Positions 46,516 through 57,086 of a stretch of DNA of 64,000 bases are shown in pieces. The position numbers were made by a program, and so were the translations under genes. The stretch is from Acutalibacteraceae bacterium (GTDB taxonomy: Bacteria > Bacillota > Clostridia > Oscillospirales > Acutalibacteraceae): contig CAVGIJ010000008.1 of the NCBI GenBank assembly GCA_963629305.1, positions 19,781 to 83,780 of the forward strand, written 5' to 3'. The first letter of the stretch is position 1, and each line of letters opens with the position of its first letter. The notes under the pieces are model-generated. The model did not search any database, had not been told where the DNA came from, and saw only the letters and a program-made list of their open reading frames with translations.

Positions 46516-48096
46516 ATGCACGAGAAGATATTGGTTCTTGACTTTGGCGGTCAGTACAATCAGCTTATTGCAAGGCGTGTACGTGAACAGAATGTTTTTG
46601 CAGAGGTTCTGTCATACACGACGCCTTTGGATGAAATAAAGGCTAAGGGCTACAAGGGTATCATTTTTACCGGAGGCCCTAACAGTGTGTACGACGACAC
46701 ATCGCCGACATATACAAAGGAAATTTTTGGGCTCGGTGTTCCGATTCTCGGTATATGTTACGGCGCTCAGCTCATAGCTCACTTGCTCGGCGGAAAGGTT
46801 GAAACCGCCCCGGTAAGTGAATACGGAAAAACGGACATTGAGATAGACGATCATACGGGCCTTTTCAAAGAGGTTGCGCTCGACTCTTTTGGTGAAGATG
46901 TAACCGGCTGTAAAGAAACATCGCACACAATTATGTGGATGAGTCATACTGATTACATCTCTGTACCGCCTAAGGGCTTTAAGATAACGGCACATACTCC
47001 TGTTTGTCCTTGCGCTGCAATGGAAAACTCCGATGATAAGTTCTACGCTGTTCAGTTCCATCCTGAGGTTATGCACTCAAAAGAGGGTTCGAAGGTAATA
47101 CGTGCGTTTGTACGTGATATCTGCGGCTGCAGCGGTGACTGGAAAATGGATTCTTTTGTTGAGACACAGATAAAGGAAATCCGTGAAAAGGTCGGAGACG
47201 GAAAGGTTCTATGCGCGCTTTCGGGTGGTGTGGATTCCTCTGTTGCCGCAGTTTTGCTTTCAAAGGCTGTGGGTAAACAGCTTACGTGTGTGTTTGTAGA
47301 CCACGGCCTTCTTCGTAAAAACGAGGGCGACGAGGTTGAAGCGGTTTTCGGACCTGACGGTCCTTATGACCTTAACTTCATAAGGGTTAACGCACAGGAT
47401 CGGTTTTATAAAAAGCTTGCCGGCGTAACCGAGCCGGAGAAAAAGAGAAAAATAATCGGTGAAGAATTCATCCGTGTATTTGAAGAGGAAGCAAAAAAGA
47501 TAGGCGCCGTTGACTTTCTTGTACAGGGCACTATTTATCCGGACGTTATAGAGAGCGGGCTTGGCAAGGCCGCAGTTATAAAATCTCATCACAACGTCGG
47601 AGGACTTCCCGACTGCGTAGATTTCAAGGAGATTGTTGAACCGTTGAGGCTTCTCTTTAAAGATGAGGTGCGCAAAGTCGGACAAACTCTCGGAATTCCG
47701 GATTATCTTGTTTTCCGTCAGCCGTTCCCGGGTCCGGGACTCGGTATCCGTATTATCGGTGACATCACTCCCGAAAAGGTACAGATTGTTCAGGATGCCG
47801 ACTTTATTTACAGAGAGGAAATTGCAAAGGCAGGCCTTGACAAGTCTGTAAACCAGTACTTTGCAGCACTTACGAACATGCGCTCTGTCGGCGTAATGGG
47901 TGACTTCAGAACTTACGACTATGCCGTTGTTCTGCGCGCTGTTACAACATCTGACTTCATGACTGCCGAATCCGCAGAACTTCCGTGGGATGTTCTTGCA
48001 AAGGTTACCACCCGTATCGTAAACGAGGTTGCGCACGTAAACCGCGTACTTTATGATTTGACAGGTAAGCCCCCGGCAACAATAGAACTTGAATAA
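46516..48096 (+). CDS. guaA: GMP synthase (glutamine-hydrolysing)
   Basis: GATase LDFGGQY...GICYG.Q; PP-loop [10 protein letters not shown]; C-terminal GLPDCVDFK...FPGPGL. Confidence 0.95.
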   Translation: MHEKILVLDFGGQYNQLIARRVREQNVFAEVLSYTTPLDEIKAKGYKGIIFTGGPNSVYDDTSPTYTKEIFGLGVPILGICYGAQLIAHLLGGKVETAPVSEYGKTDIEIDDHTGLFKEVALDSFGEDVTGCKETSHTIMWMSHTDYISVPPKGFKITAHTPVCPCAAMENSDDKFYAVQFHPEVMHSKEGSKVIRAFVRDICGCSGDWKMDSFVETQIKEIREKVGDGKVLCALSGGVDSSVAAVLLSKAVGKQLTCVFVDHGLLRKNEGDEVEAVFGPDGPYDLNFIRVNAQDRFYKKLAGVTEPEKKRKIIGEEFIRVFEEEAKKIGAVDFLVQGTIYPDVIESGLGKAAVIKSHHNVGGLPDCVDFKEIVEPLRLLFKDEVRKVGQTLGIPDYLVFRQPFPGPGLGIRIIGDITPEKVQIVQDADFIYREEIAKAGLDKSVNQYFAALTNMRSVGVMGDFRTYDYAVVLRAVTTSDFMTAESAELPWDVLAKVTTRIVNEVAHVNRVLYDLTGKPPATIELE

Positions 48097-48309
48097 AAAA
48101 CAACAGGCGAATCAAGTCCGTACCCATAGAGTCGGACAGAAAAGTGGATATTGTGGCAATCTGGAACAAGGATTATTACCTGTCTATTGCCGAGAGCCGC
48201 TTTATAAAGGAACTTGAAAAATATGTTTCCGTCATAAAGAAAAAGTGATACAATGTAAACGCAGTTAGAAGCTGCTAACTAAATATAATTGTATTTGGAG
48301 GCTTAAACA

Positions 48310-48567
48310 ATGATTGAAACAACAGTAAAAATTGACGGAATGATGTGCGGCATGTGTGAGAGCCACATAAATGATGCAATAAGAAAAGAATTCGACCCGA
48401 AAAAGGTTACATCGTCACACACAAAGGGTGAGACTGTTATTGTATCAGAGGAAAAAATACCGCAGGATAAGCTCAAGGCTGTCATAGATGAAACCGGTTA
48501 TACATTTATCTCCGCCGACAGTCACGAGTATGAAAAGAAAGGCCTTCTCGGATTTTTGAAAAAATAA
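48310..48567 (+). CDS. Heavy-metal-associated (HMA) domain protein, CopZ-like
   Basis: VKIDGMMCGMCESHI carries the MxCxxC metal-binding motif. GGAGG RBS. Confidence 0.8.
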   Translation: MIETTVKIDGMMCGMCESHINDAIRKEFDPKKVTSSHTKGETVIVSEEKIPQDKLKAVIDETGYTFISADSHEYEKKGLLGFLKK

Positions 48568-48595
48568 ATTAAAACGATGAGTGAGGTGAACTGCG

Positions 48596-49330
48596 CTGGA
48601 ACCGATAGCTGTTATCCATACGAACCTTGAGGGGAAATTCGGAGTACCGAGGCAGGGCGGAGTTATGCCGAAGCTCTGCGGCCGTATTACATTTTTGCCG
48701 AAATATGCGGTACCGGAGGCGGTTTGCGGACTCGACGGCTTTTCGCACGTGTGGCTTTTGTGGGACTTTTCACAGTCACACGCAGATGACGGTGAAGGTG
48801 TAAAGTGGTCGCCTACGGTTCGCCCTCCGAGGCTTGGCGGTAACAAGCGCATGGGTGTATTTGCGACACGCTCACCTTATCGACCGAACAGCATCGGTAT
48901 GTCGGCGGTGAAACTCGAAAAGATTGATTTTCCGGACATATACGTATCCGGTGTTGACCTTATGGACGGAACACCCATATACGACATAAAGCCGTACATA
49001 CCTTATTCGGATTCGATTCCGGATGCTGATTCCGGCTTTGTCGAAACATTGTCAGATCTGACACTGAAAGTTCGATTTTCGGATGATCTTATGGATAAGC
49101 TTCTTGACGGATTGGCGGACAGGCTTCACGATGGCGGTGTAATCAGTACAGAAGAAGATATCCAAGCTGTGCATGAACAGATAAAAGATGAGATAACGGA
49201 TATTTTATCTCACGACATGCGCCCGCAGTATCAGAATGATCCCGATAGGGTTTACGGCATAACGTATCTGGGACGCAATATCCGTTTCAGCATTGACAAG
49301 GATATGCTTACGGTTTTATCAGTTGAATAA
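48596..49330 (+). CDS. trmO: tRNA (N6-threonylcarbamoyladenosine37-N6)-methyltransferase TrmO; start codon unresolved
   Basis: The conserved N-terminus LEPIAVIHTNLEGKFGVPRQGG (compare E. coli FEQIGVIRSPYKEKFAVPRQPG) lies upstream of the first ATG (48665). The frame is closed by TGA at 48587. CTG 48596 sits 7 nt after GAGGTG. Confidence 0.75.
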   Translation: MEPIAVIHTNLEGKFGVPRQGGVMPKLCGRITFLPKYAVPEAVCGLDGFSHVWLLWDFSQSHADDGEGVKWSPTVRPPRLGGNKRMGVFATRSPYRPNSIGMSAVKLEKIDFPDIYVSGVDLMDGTPIYDIKPYIPYSDSIPDADSGFVETLSDLTLKVRFSDDLMDKLLDGLADRLHDGGVISTEEDIQAVHEQIKDEITDILSHDMRPQYQNDPDRVYGITYLGRNIRFSIDKDMLTVLSVE

Positions 49331-49337
49331 GAAATTT

Positions 49338-49403
49338 GCTTCTCAAAAAAGGCGCGCAAGAGCTTTTTGCTTTTGACTGTGAACCTTTTTGAGGAGCTTT
49401 TTT
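49338..49403 (+). terminator. Probable terminator (long-loop hairpin)
   Basis: GCTTCTCAAAAAAGG pairs with CCTTTTTGAGGAGC (one bulged A) around a 31-nt loop, followed by T6. Confidence 0.5.
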
Positions 49404-49538
49404 GCGGCGATTTTGTGCGGAGAACACATTTTATAATTGTATATATTTTTCATAAGTATTATAATATTATGGTCATTTTTTAAGATTCGTTAAAGATTGA
49501 TAATTACAATAGATAAAATGCCTTTTGGGAGGTAAATT

Positions 49539-50663
49539 ATGAATCCTTCAAGAGTTTTCTGTACAGTGGATCTTGACGCCATATGTACCAATGTAAAAAA
49601 TATTATGAAAAAAACCGGTGACGACGTTTCCGTCATGGCAGTCGTAAAAACAGACGCTTACGGTCACGGTGCAGTGGCGGTTTCACATGCACTCAGCAGA
49701 ATAGGCGTCGACTCGTTTGCTGTTGCGACCATAGATGAGGCGACAGAATTGAGAAATTCCGGCATTCAAAATCCGATTTTAATACTCGGCTATGTATTTC
49801 CCAATGACCTTCAAGCTGTTCTCGAATATGATATTATGCCCACTGTCTTTTCTTTTGACAGTGCAAAGCTTATCTCCGATTACGCGTCAAGGTGCGGTAA
49901 GACGGCAAAAATACATATAAAGCTTGATACGGGAATGGGAAGGATAGGATTTATTCCGTCGGATGAGTCGCTTTGTGAGATTGAAAAGATTTTCTCACTT
50001 TCCAATATTGAGGTTGACGGTATATTTACACATTTTGCGTGTGCCGATGAAAAGGATAAATCGTCGGCAAATGCACAGGCAAAGCTGTTTTCGGACTTTG
50101 TGAAGAAACTTGAAGCAAAGGGCATGAGCTTTAAGAGAAAGCATATATGCAATTCCGCCGGAATTATGGAATTCCCTGATTGCTATTACAACATGGTGCG
50201 AAGCGGAATTATCACTTACGGTCTTTATCCGAGTGATGAAGTTGACAAGGACAATCTTGAACTCATGCCTGCGCTTGAGCTTAAGAGCCATGTTGCTTAC
50301 GTCAAGGAAGTTGACGCGGGATTTGCCGTAAGTTACGGCTCGACATATACGACTACAGGAAAAACGAAGATTGCAACTATTCCCGTAGGCTACGGTGACG
50401 GATACCCAAGACTTCTTTCAAATAAGGGCAGGGTGCTTGTAAACGGCACTTATGCGCCGATTATAGGACGTGTCTGCATGGATCAGTTTATGGTCGATGT
50501 AACAGATGTGGGCGGGATCTCACAGGGTGACGAAGTAGTGCTTATAGGAAGGCAAGGCAATAATAGGATTTCCGTTGAGGAAATTGCCGAGCTTGCAAAT
50601 ACGATAAACTATGAAATTGTTTGCGGCATAAACAAGAGAGTGCCGCGCATCTATAAATATTAG
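49539..50663 (+). CDS. alr: Alanine racemase
   Basis: PLP-lysine motif AVVKTDAYGHG and the C-terminal R.C.D.. pattern, 374 aa. Confidence 0.95.
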   Translation: MNPSRVFCTVDLDAICTNVKNIMKKTGDDVSVMAVVKTDAYGHGAVAVSHALSRIGVDSFAVATIDEATELRNSGIQNPILILGYVFPNDLQAVLEYDIMPTVFSFDSAKLISDYASRCGKTAKIHIKLDTGMGRIGFIPSDESLCEIEKIFSLSNIEVDGIFTHFACADEKDKSSANAQAKLFSDFVKKLEAKGMSFKRKHICNSAGIMEFPDCYYNMVRSGIITYGLYPSDEVDKDNLELMPALELKSHVAYVKEVDAGFAVSYGSTYTTTGKTKIATIPVGYGDGYPRLLSNKGRVLVNGTYAPIIGRVCMDQFMVDVTDVGGISQGDEVVLIGRQGNNRISVEEIAELANTINYEIVCGINKRVPRIYKY

Positions 50664-50718
50664 GGTTTGAAATTGAAGCACATAATTGCTGTATGACAAC
50701 AAACGGGGAGGATATTTT

Positions 50719-52449
50719 TTGAAGGTAATTTTTAAGTATTTGAAGCCGTATACGGTTCTCGTAATCATTTCAGTTGCCTTGCTTTTCGGTCAGGTTGTGT
50801 GTGAACTTACTTTGCCGAATCTTATGAGCAATCTTGTAAATGAAATAATAAAACTCAGTGCTGTCGGTGGCGGAGCCAATGATTACATAAAGACCATGGG
50901 TCTTAAAATGGTTGGTATGGCTCTGCTTACGGTTATATGTTCTGTGAGTGTCGGCTATCTTGCGTCACGTGTCGCATCGGGTGTTGCAAAGAAGATGAGG
51001 ACGGATATCTTCAGAAAAGTAAATGATTTTTCAAGTGCCGAGTTTGATAAATTCTCAACAGCATCACTCATAACGAGGAACACAAATGATGTTCAGCAGA
51101 TTCAAAACTTCGTAACAATGGGAATCAAAATGATGCTGTTCGCTCCGTTTATGGGGCTTGGCTCCATAATTATGGCGCTTCAAAAGAGTCCGTCATTGGC
51201 ATGGATAATCGTACTTGCGGTAATGATTATCTTATGTGTACTGCTTGCTGTTATGTTTGCGGCACTTCCGAAGTTTAAGTCGCTGCAGATATTTGTTGAT
51301 AAGCTGAACCTTGTCAGCCGCGAACAACTTTCGGGACTCATGGTCATACGCGCATTCGGAAATGAAAAATATGAAGAAGAGCGTTTTGACACGGCAAATA
51401 AAGATCTTACATTTACGACGAGATTTGTACAAAGAACCATCTCGTCTCTCATGCCTGCAGTAACACTTATTATGAGCTTTGTAAATGTCGCTATTGTTTG
51501 GTTTGGTGCAAAACTTGCCGGTCGGCTTACCCTTGAAGTCGGAGACATGATGGCATTTATCCAGTATGCAATGCATATCATGATTTCATTTATATTTGTT
51601 TCCATGATTTTTATTATCTGGCCGCGTGCGCAGGTTGCAGCAGGGCGTATAAGCGAGGTGCTTGACTGCGAGATTTCCATAAGGGATGCGGAGAATGCCG
51701 AAAGTTTTGAAAATGTCAGCGGAACAATAGAATTTTCGCACGTAAATTTCCGTTATGATAATGCCGATGAGGATGTTCTTTCCGATATATCCTTCGTTGC
51801 GAAGCCGGGTGAAACAACTGCGTTTATCGGCTCGACAGGCTCCGGCAAGACCACGCTTGTAAATCTTATACCGAGATTTTACGATGTAACCTCCGGAAAA
51901 ATAACAATTGACGGAAAGGACATACGCGACGTAAAACTTCATGATCTTCGAGAGGCAATAGGATATGTGCCGCAAAAAGCGATTCTCTTTTCCGGCACAA
52001 TAGACACCAATGTAAAATACGGAAACGACACCGAAGACATACGACCGGCGCTGAGTGTCGCACAGGCAACAGACTTTGTGGATGCCAAGGAGGAGGGCGT
52101 AAACGCACCTGTTTCGCAGGGCGCTGCCAATGTATCCGGAGGACAGAAGCAGAGGCTTTCAATTGCACGTGCTCTTGCGAAGAATCCGCCCATATATATC
52201 TTTGATGACAGCTTCTCCGCTTTGGATTTCAAGACGGATGCAAAACTCCGTGCTGCCCTTTCAAACTATACCGACAATGCGACGGTTCTTATAGTTGCGC
52301 AGCGTGTATCTACAATAATGCAAGCCAATCAAATAATTGTGCTTGATGAGGGAAAGATAGTCGGTATCGGTACGCATGATGAGCTCGTCAAAACATGCAG
52401 CCAGTATCTTGAGATATGCGAAAGTCAGCTTGCAAAGGAGGAGATATAA
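50719..52449 (+). CDS. ABC exporter half-transporter (TMD-NBD) with a degenerate Walker-B catalytic residue
   Basis: GSTGSGKTT, VSGGQKQRLSIARAL, and IYIFDDSFSALD (Asp replaces the catalytic Glu). TTG 50719 follows GGGGAGGA and is preferred over ORF start 50686. Confidence 0.9.
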   Translation: MKVIFKYLKPYTVLVIISVALLFGQVVCELTLPNLMSNLVNEIIKLSAVGGGANDYIKTMGLKMVGMALLTVICSVSVGYLASRVASGVAKKMRTDIFRKVNDFSSAEFDKFSTASLITRNTNDVQQIQNFVTMGIKMMLFAPFMGLGSIIMALQKSPSLAWIIVLAVMIILCVLLAVMFAALPKFKSLQIFVDKLNLVSREQLSGLMVIRAFGNEKYEEERFDTANKDLTFTTRFVQRTISSLMPAVTLIMSFVNVAIVWFGAKLAGRLTLEVGDMMAFIQYAMHIMISFIFVSMIFIIWPRAQVAAGRISEVLDCEISIRDAENAESFENVSGTIEFSHVNFRYDNADEDVLSDISFVAKPGETTAFIGSTGSGKTTLVNLIPRFYDVTSGKITIDGKDIRDVKLHDLREAIGYVPQKAILFSGTIDTNVKYGNDTEDIRPALSVAQATDFVDAKEEGVNAPVSQGAANVSGGQKQRLSIARALAKNPPIYIFDDSFSALDFKTDAKLRAALSNYTDNATVLIVAQRVSTIMQANQIIVLDEGKIVGIGTHDELVKTCSQYLEICESQLAKEEI

Positions 52450-54308
52450 TGGCAGTTTCCGCAAAAGAAATAAAGAGCGCCAAGCGACCTCCGAAAATGG
52501 GACACGGTCCGGACAGTATAGTCATGGGTGAAAAGGCGAAGGATTTTAAAGGAACACTTAAAATTCTTATGAATTATCTGAAGCCTTTCCATGTAAAACT
52601 TGCAGTGATTATCGCATTTGCGGCACTTAGTACGGTTTTCAACATTGCCAGCCCAAAGGTTCTTGCGCGTGCTACGAACGAGCTTACTGCAGGCGTTATC
52701 AAGATAATGAAAGGCACGGGCGGAATAGATTTTTCATACATAGGTAAAATTCTTCTTGCTTGTCTCGGACTTTATCTTGTGTCCGCTCTTTTCCAATTTG
52801 CACAGGGTTTCATAGCCGCCGGAGTTTCGTCTCAGGTTTCTTATGATCTGCGCAAGTCAATTTCGAAAAAAATGAACAGACTTCCCGTATCTTATTACAA
52901 CCGTGTAAGTTACGGAGATGTACTCTCGCGTATAACCAATGACGTTGATACCATAAACCAAAACCTAAACCAGACCATCACACAGGCAATTTCATCCGTC
53001 ACGACACTCGTGGGTGTTGCTATTATGATGCTTACAATAAGTGTTAAGATGACACTTGTTGCAATGGTTATGCTCCCACTTTCCGGTATTGCGGTTGTTT
53101 CGGTATTCAAAATCTCACAGAAACATTTCTTCGCGCAGCAAGAGTATCTCGGCTCCGTAAACGGTCAAGTTGAGGAAATATTTGGGGGCCATTTGGTAGT
53201 AAAGGCTTTCAATGGTGAAGACGATGCCGTTGAAAAGTTTGATAAGGATAATGAAAAATTGCGTGACGCAAGCCTTAAAGCAAACTTCCTTTCAGGACTT
53301 ATGCAGCCTATCACAAATTTTATAGGCAATCTCGGATATGTCGGGGTCTGTATTGTAGGCGCATATCTTGTCTCTAAGGGACAACTCAAAGTCGGAGACA
53401 TCCAAGCTTTCATACAGTATATACGTAATTTCACACAGCCTATAACTCAGGTGGCACAGATTTCAAACCAGTTCCAGATGGTTATAGCCGCATGTGAGCG
53501 TGTATTTGAATTCCTTGCAGAGGAAGAGGAAAAAGATGAATCCGTTTCAATCACTGTAAAGGACACATGCATAAAGGGCGATGTAACCTTTGACCATGTT
53601 AAATTCGGCTATGAGGACAGCGATAAAATTGTCATAAGAAATTTCTCTGCCGATGTAAGGGCCGGAATGAAGGTTGCCATAATCGGACCTACCGGTGCCG
53701 GCAAAACTACGATGGTTAAGCTCCTTATGAGATTCCATGACATACTTGACGGAAGAATACTTGTTGACGGGCATGATATACGTGATTTTGACCGACACGA
53801 TCTTCGTTCTGAATTCGGAATGGTACTTCAGGATACGTGGCTTTACCGCGGCAGCATAATGGAGAACATACGTTACGGCCGACTTGATGCAACGGATGAG
53901 GAAGTAAAAGCCGCCGCCAAGGCAGCGCAGGTGGATCACTTTGTTCGGACTCTTCCCGGCGGGTACAATATGGAGATAAACGAAGAGGCATCAAATATCT
54001 CCGCCGGTCAGAAGCAGCTCCTTACGATCGCACGTGCGATCCTTGCAGACTCAAAAATAATGATTCTCGACGAGGCTACCAGTTCGGTTGACACCCGAAC
54101 CGAGGTCCTTATTCAAAAGGCTATGGATAACCTTATGAAAGGCAGAACCAGTTTTATAATCGCTCACAGACTTTCGACTATAAAAAATGCAGATCTTATA
54201 CTCTGCGTAAAAGACGGAGACATTGTTGAGCAGGGAACACACGAAGAACTTATGAAGAAAAACGGCTTCTATGCATCCCTTTATAACAGTCAGTTTGAGG
54301 TTGCGTAA
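52449..54308 (+). CDS. ABC exporter half-transporter (TMD-NBD), partner subunit with a non-canonical signature
   Basis: GPTGAGKTT, IMILDEATSSVD (canonical Glu), and signature ISAGQKQ. The start overlaps the upstream stop (TAATG). Confidence 0.9.
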   Translation: MAVSAKEIKSAKRPPKMGHGPDSIVMGEKAKDFKGTLKILMNYLKPFHVKLAVIIAFAALSTVFNIASPKVLARATNELTAGVIKIMKGTGGIDFSYIGKILLACLGLYLVSALFQFAQGFIAAGVSSQVSYDLRKSISKKMNRLPVSYYNRVSYGDVLSRITNDVDTINQNLNQTITQAISSVTTLVGVAIMMLTISVKMTLVAMVMLPLSGIAVVSVFKISQKHFFAQQEYLGSVNGQVEEIFGGHLVVKAFNGEDDAVEKFDKDNEKLRDASLKANFLSGLMQPITNFIGNLGYVGVCIVGAYLVSKGQLKVGDIQAFIQYIRNFTQPITQVAQISNQFQMVIAACERVFEFLAEEEEKDESVSITVKDTCIKGDVTFDHVKFGYEDSDKIVIRNFSADVRAGMKVAIIGPTGAGKTTMVKLLMRFHDILDGRILVDGHDIRDFDRHDLRSEFGMVLQDTWLYRGSIMENIRYGRLDATDEEVKAAAKAAQVDHFVRTLPGGYNMEINEEASNISAGQKQLLTIARAILADSKIMILDEATSSVDTRTEVLIQKAMDNLMKGRTSFIIAHRLSTIKNADLILCVKDGDIVEQGTHEELMKKNGFYASLYNSQFEVA

Positions 54309-54341
54309 GTAAATAAAAATCGGAAAAATCGGGGAATTAAA

Positions 54342-55256
54342 ATGAAAAACAAGGAATGGCAGGGAATACTTCTGGTAGTGATTGCAGGTATTCTCTGGGG
54401 AACAACGGGCACTTTTGTAAGAAGCTTTTCAAAGCTCGGATTGTCATCACTTCAAATATCTATCTTTAAAGTTGTTATCGCAACTATAATACTATTATTA
54501 TATATGCTTTTATTCAAAAGGGATTTGTTGAAGATCAACCTTCGTGATATTTGGATTTTTATTATATCGGGGATTTTAAGCCTTGATTTTTTCACGGTTT
54601 GCTATTTTACAACCATACAAAATACATCGCTGTCTGTTGCGGCCGTACTTCTTTATACCGCTCCGACCTTTGTTATGCTTATGTCCGCGGTTTTGTTTAA
54701 GGAAAAAATAACAGCGCAAAAAATTGCGGCGTGTCTTTTGGCATTCGTCGGCTGTGTACTTACGGCGGGGATTGTGGGAAGCGGATTTTCGATTCCGGGA
54801 AAATTCCTCCTCACCGGAGTGCTTTCCGGAGTCGGATACGCACTTTACAGCATATTCGGTGAGATTGCACTTAGGAAAGGGTACAATCCTCTTACTGTCA
54901 CAACATATACATTTTTATTCGCATCAATCGGTTTTTTGTTTATTATAAAGCCAAAAGAGATAATGGCAGCTGCCGAAAAGGCACCGTCATATCTGTGGTT
55001 TTTCGGAATGTTGGTTTTTATGGCAATTCTTGTTTCGCTAATGCCATATGTATGCTACACGAACGGACTTACAAATGTTAATCCGTCAAAGGCTTCAATA
55101 ATCGCATCGGTTGAGCCTATAACCGCAACGCTCATAGGCGCTTTTCTTTTTAAAGAATATCCCGACTTTTACGGAATTCTCGGAATAGCATGTGTAATTG
55201 CGGCAATAGTTCTCCTAAATATCAAGTTTGCGAAAAAACATAAAACAGAAGAGTGA
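54342..55256 (+). CDS. EamA/DMT family transporter
   Basis: Ten hydrophobic spans arranged as two EamA-like repeats. Confidence 0.85.
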   Translation: MKNKEWQGILLVVIAGILWGTTGTFVRSFSKLGLSSLQISIFKVVIATIILLLYMLLFKRDLLKINLRDIWIFIISGILSLDFFTVCYFTTIQNTSLSVAAVLLYTAPTFVMLMSAVLFKEKITAQKIAACLLAFVGCVLTAGIVGSGFSIPGKFLLTGVLSGVGYALYSIFGEIALRKGYNPLTVTTYTFLFASIGFLFIIKPKEIMAAAEKAPSYLWFFGMLVFMAILVSLMPYVCYTNGLTNVNPSKASIIASVEPITATLIGAFLFKEYPDFYGILGIACVIAAIVLLNIKFAKKHKTEE

Positions 55257-55430
55257 CCGATTATTGACTTACATATGTGCATTCAACCATAATCTTGCAT
55301 AAAAACTCATATTTTTTGCATAAAAATAAAAAATATGCAGAAAAATCAAAAAAAGTGTTGCATATTATGTATAATTAATTTATAATCATACGCGTAGTTA
55401 AGAAAAATAATTATTTCGGAGGAAAAGAAA

Positions 55431-56237
55431 ATGAAAAGTTTAAAGAAAATTATCGCTCTTGTTCTTTGCCTTACCTTCATGTTTGCACTCGCAGCTTGCG
55501 GCAAGACAGAGACAAAAGAAGAGAACAAAGACGACGACACACTTAAGACAGTAGAGTCAGGCAAACTCATTATGGCAACAAATGCCGAGTTCCCTCCTTA
55601 TGAGTATTACGAGGGTGACAAAGTTGTAGGTATTGATGCTGAGGTTGCAGCTCTTATTGCCGAAAAGCTCGGACTTACACTCGAGATAAAGGATGTTGAT
55701 TTTGACTCAATCATTCCGGGTGTTCAGCAGGGTAAGTATGACATGGGTATGGCAGGTATGACCGTAACCGAGGAGAGACAGCAGAAGGTTTGCTTCTCTG
55801 ATTCATACGCAAAAGGCGTTCAGGTTGTTATAGTAAAAGAGGACAGCTCAATAAAGTCAATCGATGATCTCAGCGAGAAAATCAAGATTGGCGTTCAGCA
55901 GGGTACAACAGGCGACATATATGCATCAGATACTCCTGAAAACGGCGGATACGGTGAGGATGCCGTAGTACGTTATGCAAACGGTGCACTTGCAGTTGAA
56001 GGACTTAAGGCAGGTAAGGTTGATTGCGTAATTATCGACAATGAACCGGCAAAATCATATGTTGCAGCTAATGAAGGTCTCAAGATTCTTGACGGTGCAT
56101 GGGTAGAAGAGAACTATGCTATCTGCTTTGCAAAGGATAACACTGCTCTCCAAACTGCAGTAAACAACGCACTTAAAGAACTCATCGCTGACGGTTCGGT
56201 TCAGAAGGTTGTTGACAAGTATATCAAGGCTGACTAA
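55431..56237 (+). CDS. Amino-acid ABC transporter substrate-binding lipoprotein
   Basis: Lipobox LAA|CGK and a family-3 SBP pattern (FPPYEY...G.D...A..IA..LG...D..FD..IP....GK.D). Confidence 0.9.
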   Translation: MKSLKKIIALVLCLTFMFALAACGKTETKEENKDDDTLKTVESGKLIMATNAEFPPYEYYEGDKVVGIDAEVAALIAEKLGLTLEIKDVDFDSIIPGVQQGKYDMGMAGMTVTEERQQKVCFSDSYAKGVQVVIVKEDSSIKSIDDLSEKIKIGVQQGTTGDIYASDTPENGGYGEDAVVRYANGALAVEGLKAGKVDCVIIDNEPAKSYVAANEGLKILDGAWVEENYAICFAKDNTALQTAVNNALKELIADGSVQKVVDKYIKAD

Positions 56238-56354
56238 TCGAAAAACGGCTTTATTGAGAAGTTTATAAAAGGTTTTAAGCAAATTATAAGGGCGGCGAAT
56301 AACCGCCCTTATTTGTGGCTTTACAGTACAAGATTTTTGAAGGGAGAAAACTCT

Positions 56355-57086
56355 GTGGTTCAGTTTCTTTCAACATTTAAAGATGAATTTGATTTCGTCT
56401 TTATACAGGGTGACAGATATCGTCAGATGATAACCGGTATAATAAATACCCTGAAAATTACCGCCGGTGCGCTTTTAGTCGGAATTATTATAGGTATTAT
56501 CATTGCATCCATACGTTCATCCTTTGATAAAAACAAGGAAACTCTCAAACGTAGAGGCGGAATAGGTTATTGGGTACTTGCAATACTTAACGCGCTTTGC
56601 AAGATATACCTTACCGTAATTCGCGGAACACCGGTTGTTGTTCAGCTTATGATTTCGTATTTCCTTATTTTCACATCTGCCAAGGACGGAGTTCCTATAG
56701 GTATATTTGCATTCGGAATCAACTCCGGTGCATATGTTGCCGAAATATTCCGCGGTGGCATCATGTCAATAGATAACGGACAGTTCGAGGCAGGTCGTTC
56801 GATAGGCTTCAATTATTTCCAGACGATGAGATATATCATTGTTCCTCAGATGTTCAAAACCGTGCTTCCGACACTTTGTAATGAGTTTATTGCACTTCTT
56901 AAGGAAACCTCGGTTGCAGGTTATGTCGGAGTAATGGATCTCACAAAGGCGGGCAATGTAATTGCGGGACGTACATACTCATACTTCCTTCCGCTTCTTA
57001 CCGTTGCGGCAATTTACCTTGTTACGGTAATGATTCTTACATCGCTTGTAGGAAAACTTGAGAGGAGGCTTCGCAACAGTGACTGA
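56355..57086 (+). CDS. Amino-acid ABC transporter permease (His/Glu/Gln/Arg type)
   Basis: EAA-like loop [27 protein letters not shown] 56355 follows GGGAGAAAA. Confidence 0.9.
   Translation: MVQFLSTFKDEFDFVFIQGDRYRQMITGIINTLKITAGALLVGIIIGIIIASIRSSFDKNKETLKRRGGIGYWVLAILNALCKIYLTVIRGTPVVVQLMISYFLIFTSAKDGVPIGIFAFGINSGAYVAEIFRGGIMSIDNGQFEAGRSIGFNYFQTMRYIIVPQMFKTVLPTLCNEFIALLKETSVAGYVGVMDLTKAGNVIAGRTYSYFLPLLTVAAIYLVTVMILTSLVGKLERRLRNSD

Noticed and set aside
48144-48248. A 34-codon ORF (GTG start) reading MDIVAIWNKDYYLSIAESRFIKELEKYVSVIKKK between guaA and the HMA gene. It looks like the C-terminal remnant of a larger protein.
   Set aside because: It is too short, has no convincing RBS, and I could not assign a family. 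It may be a gene remnant or chance, so it is not reported as a feature.
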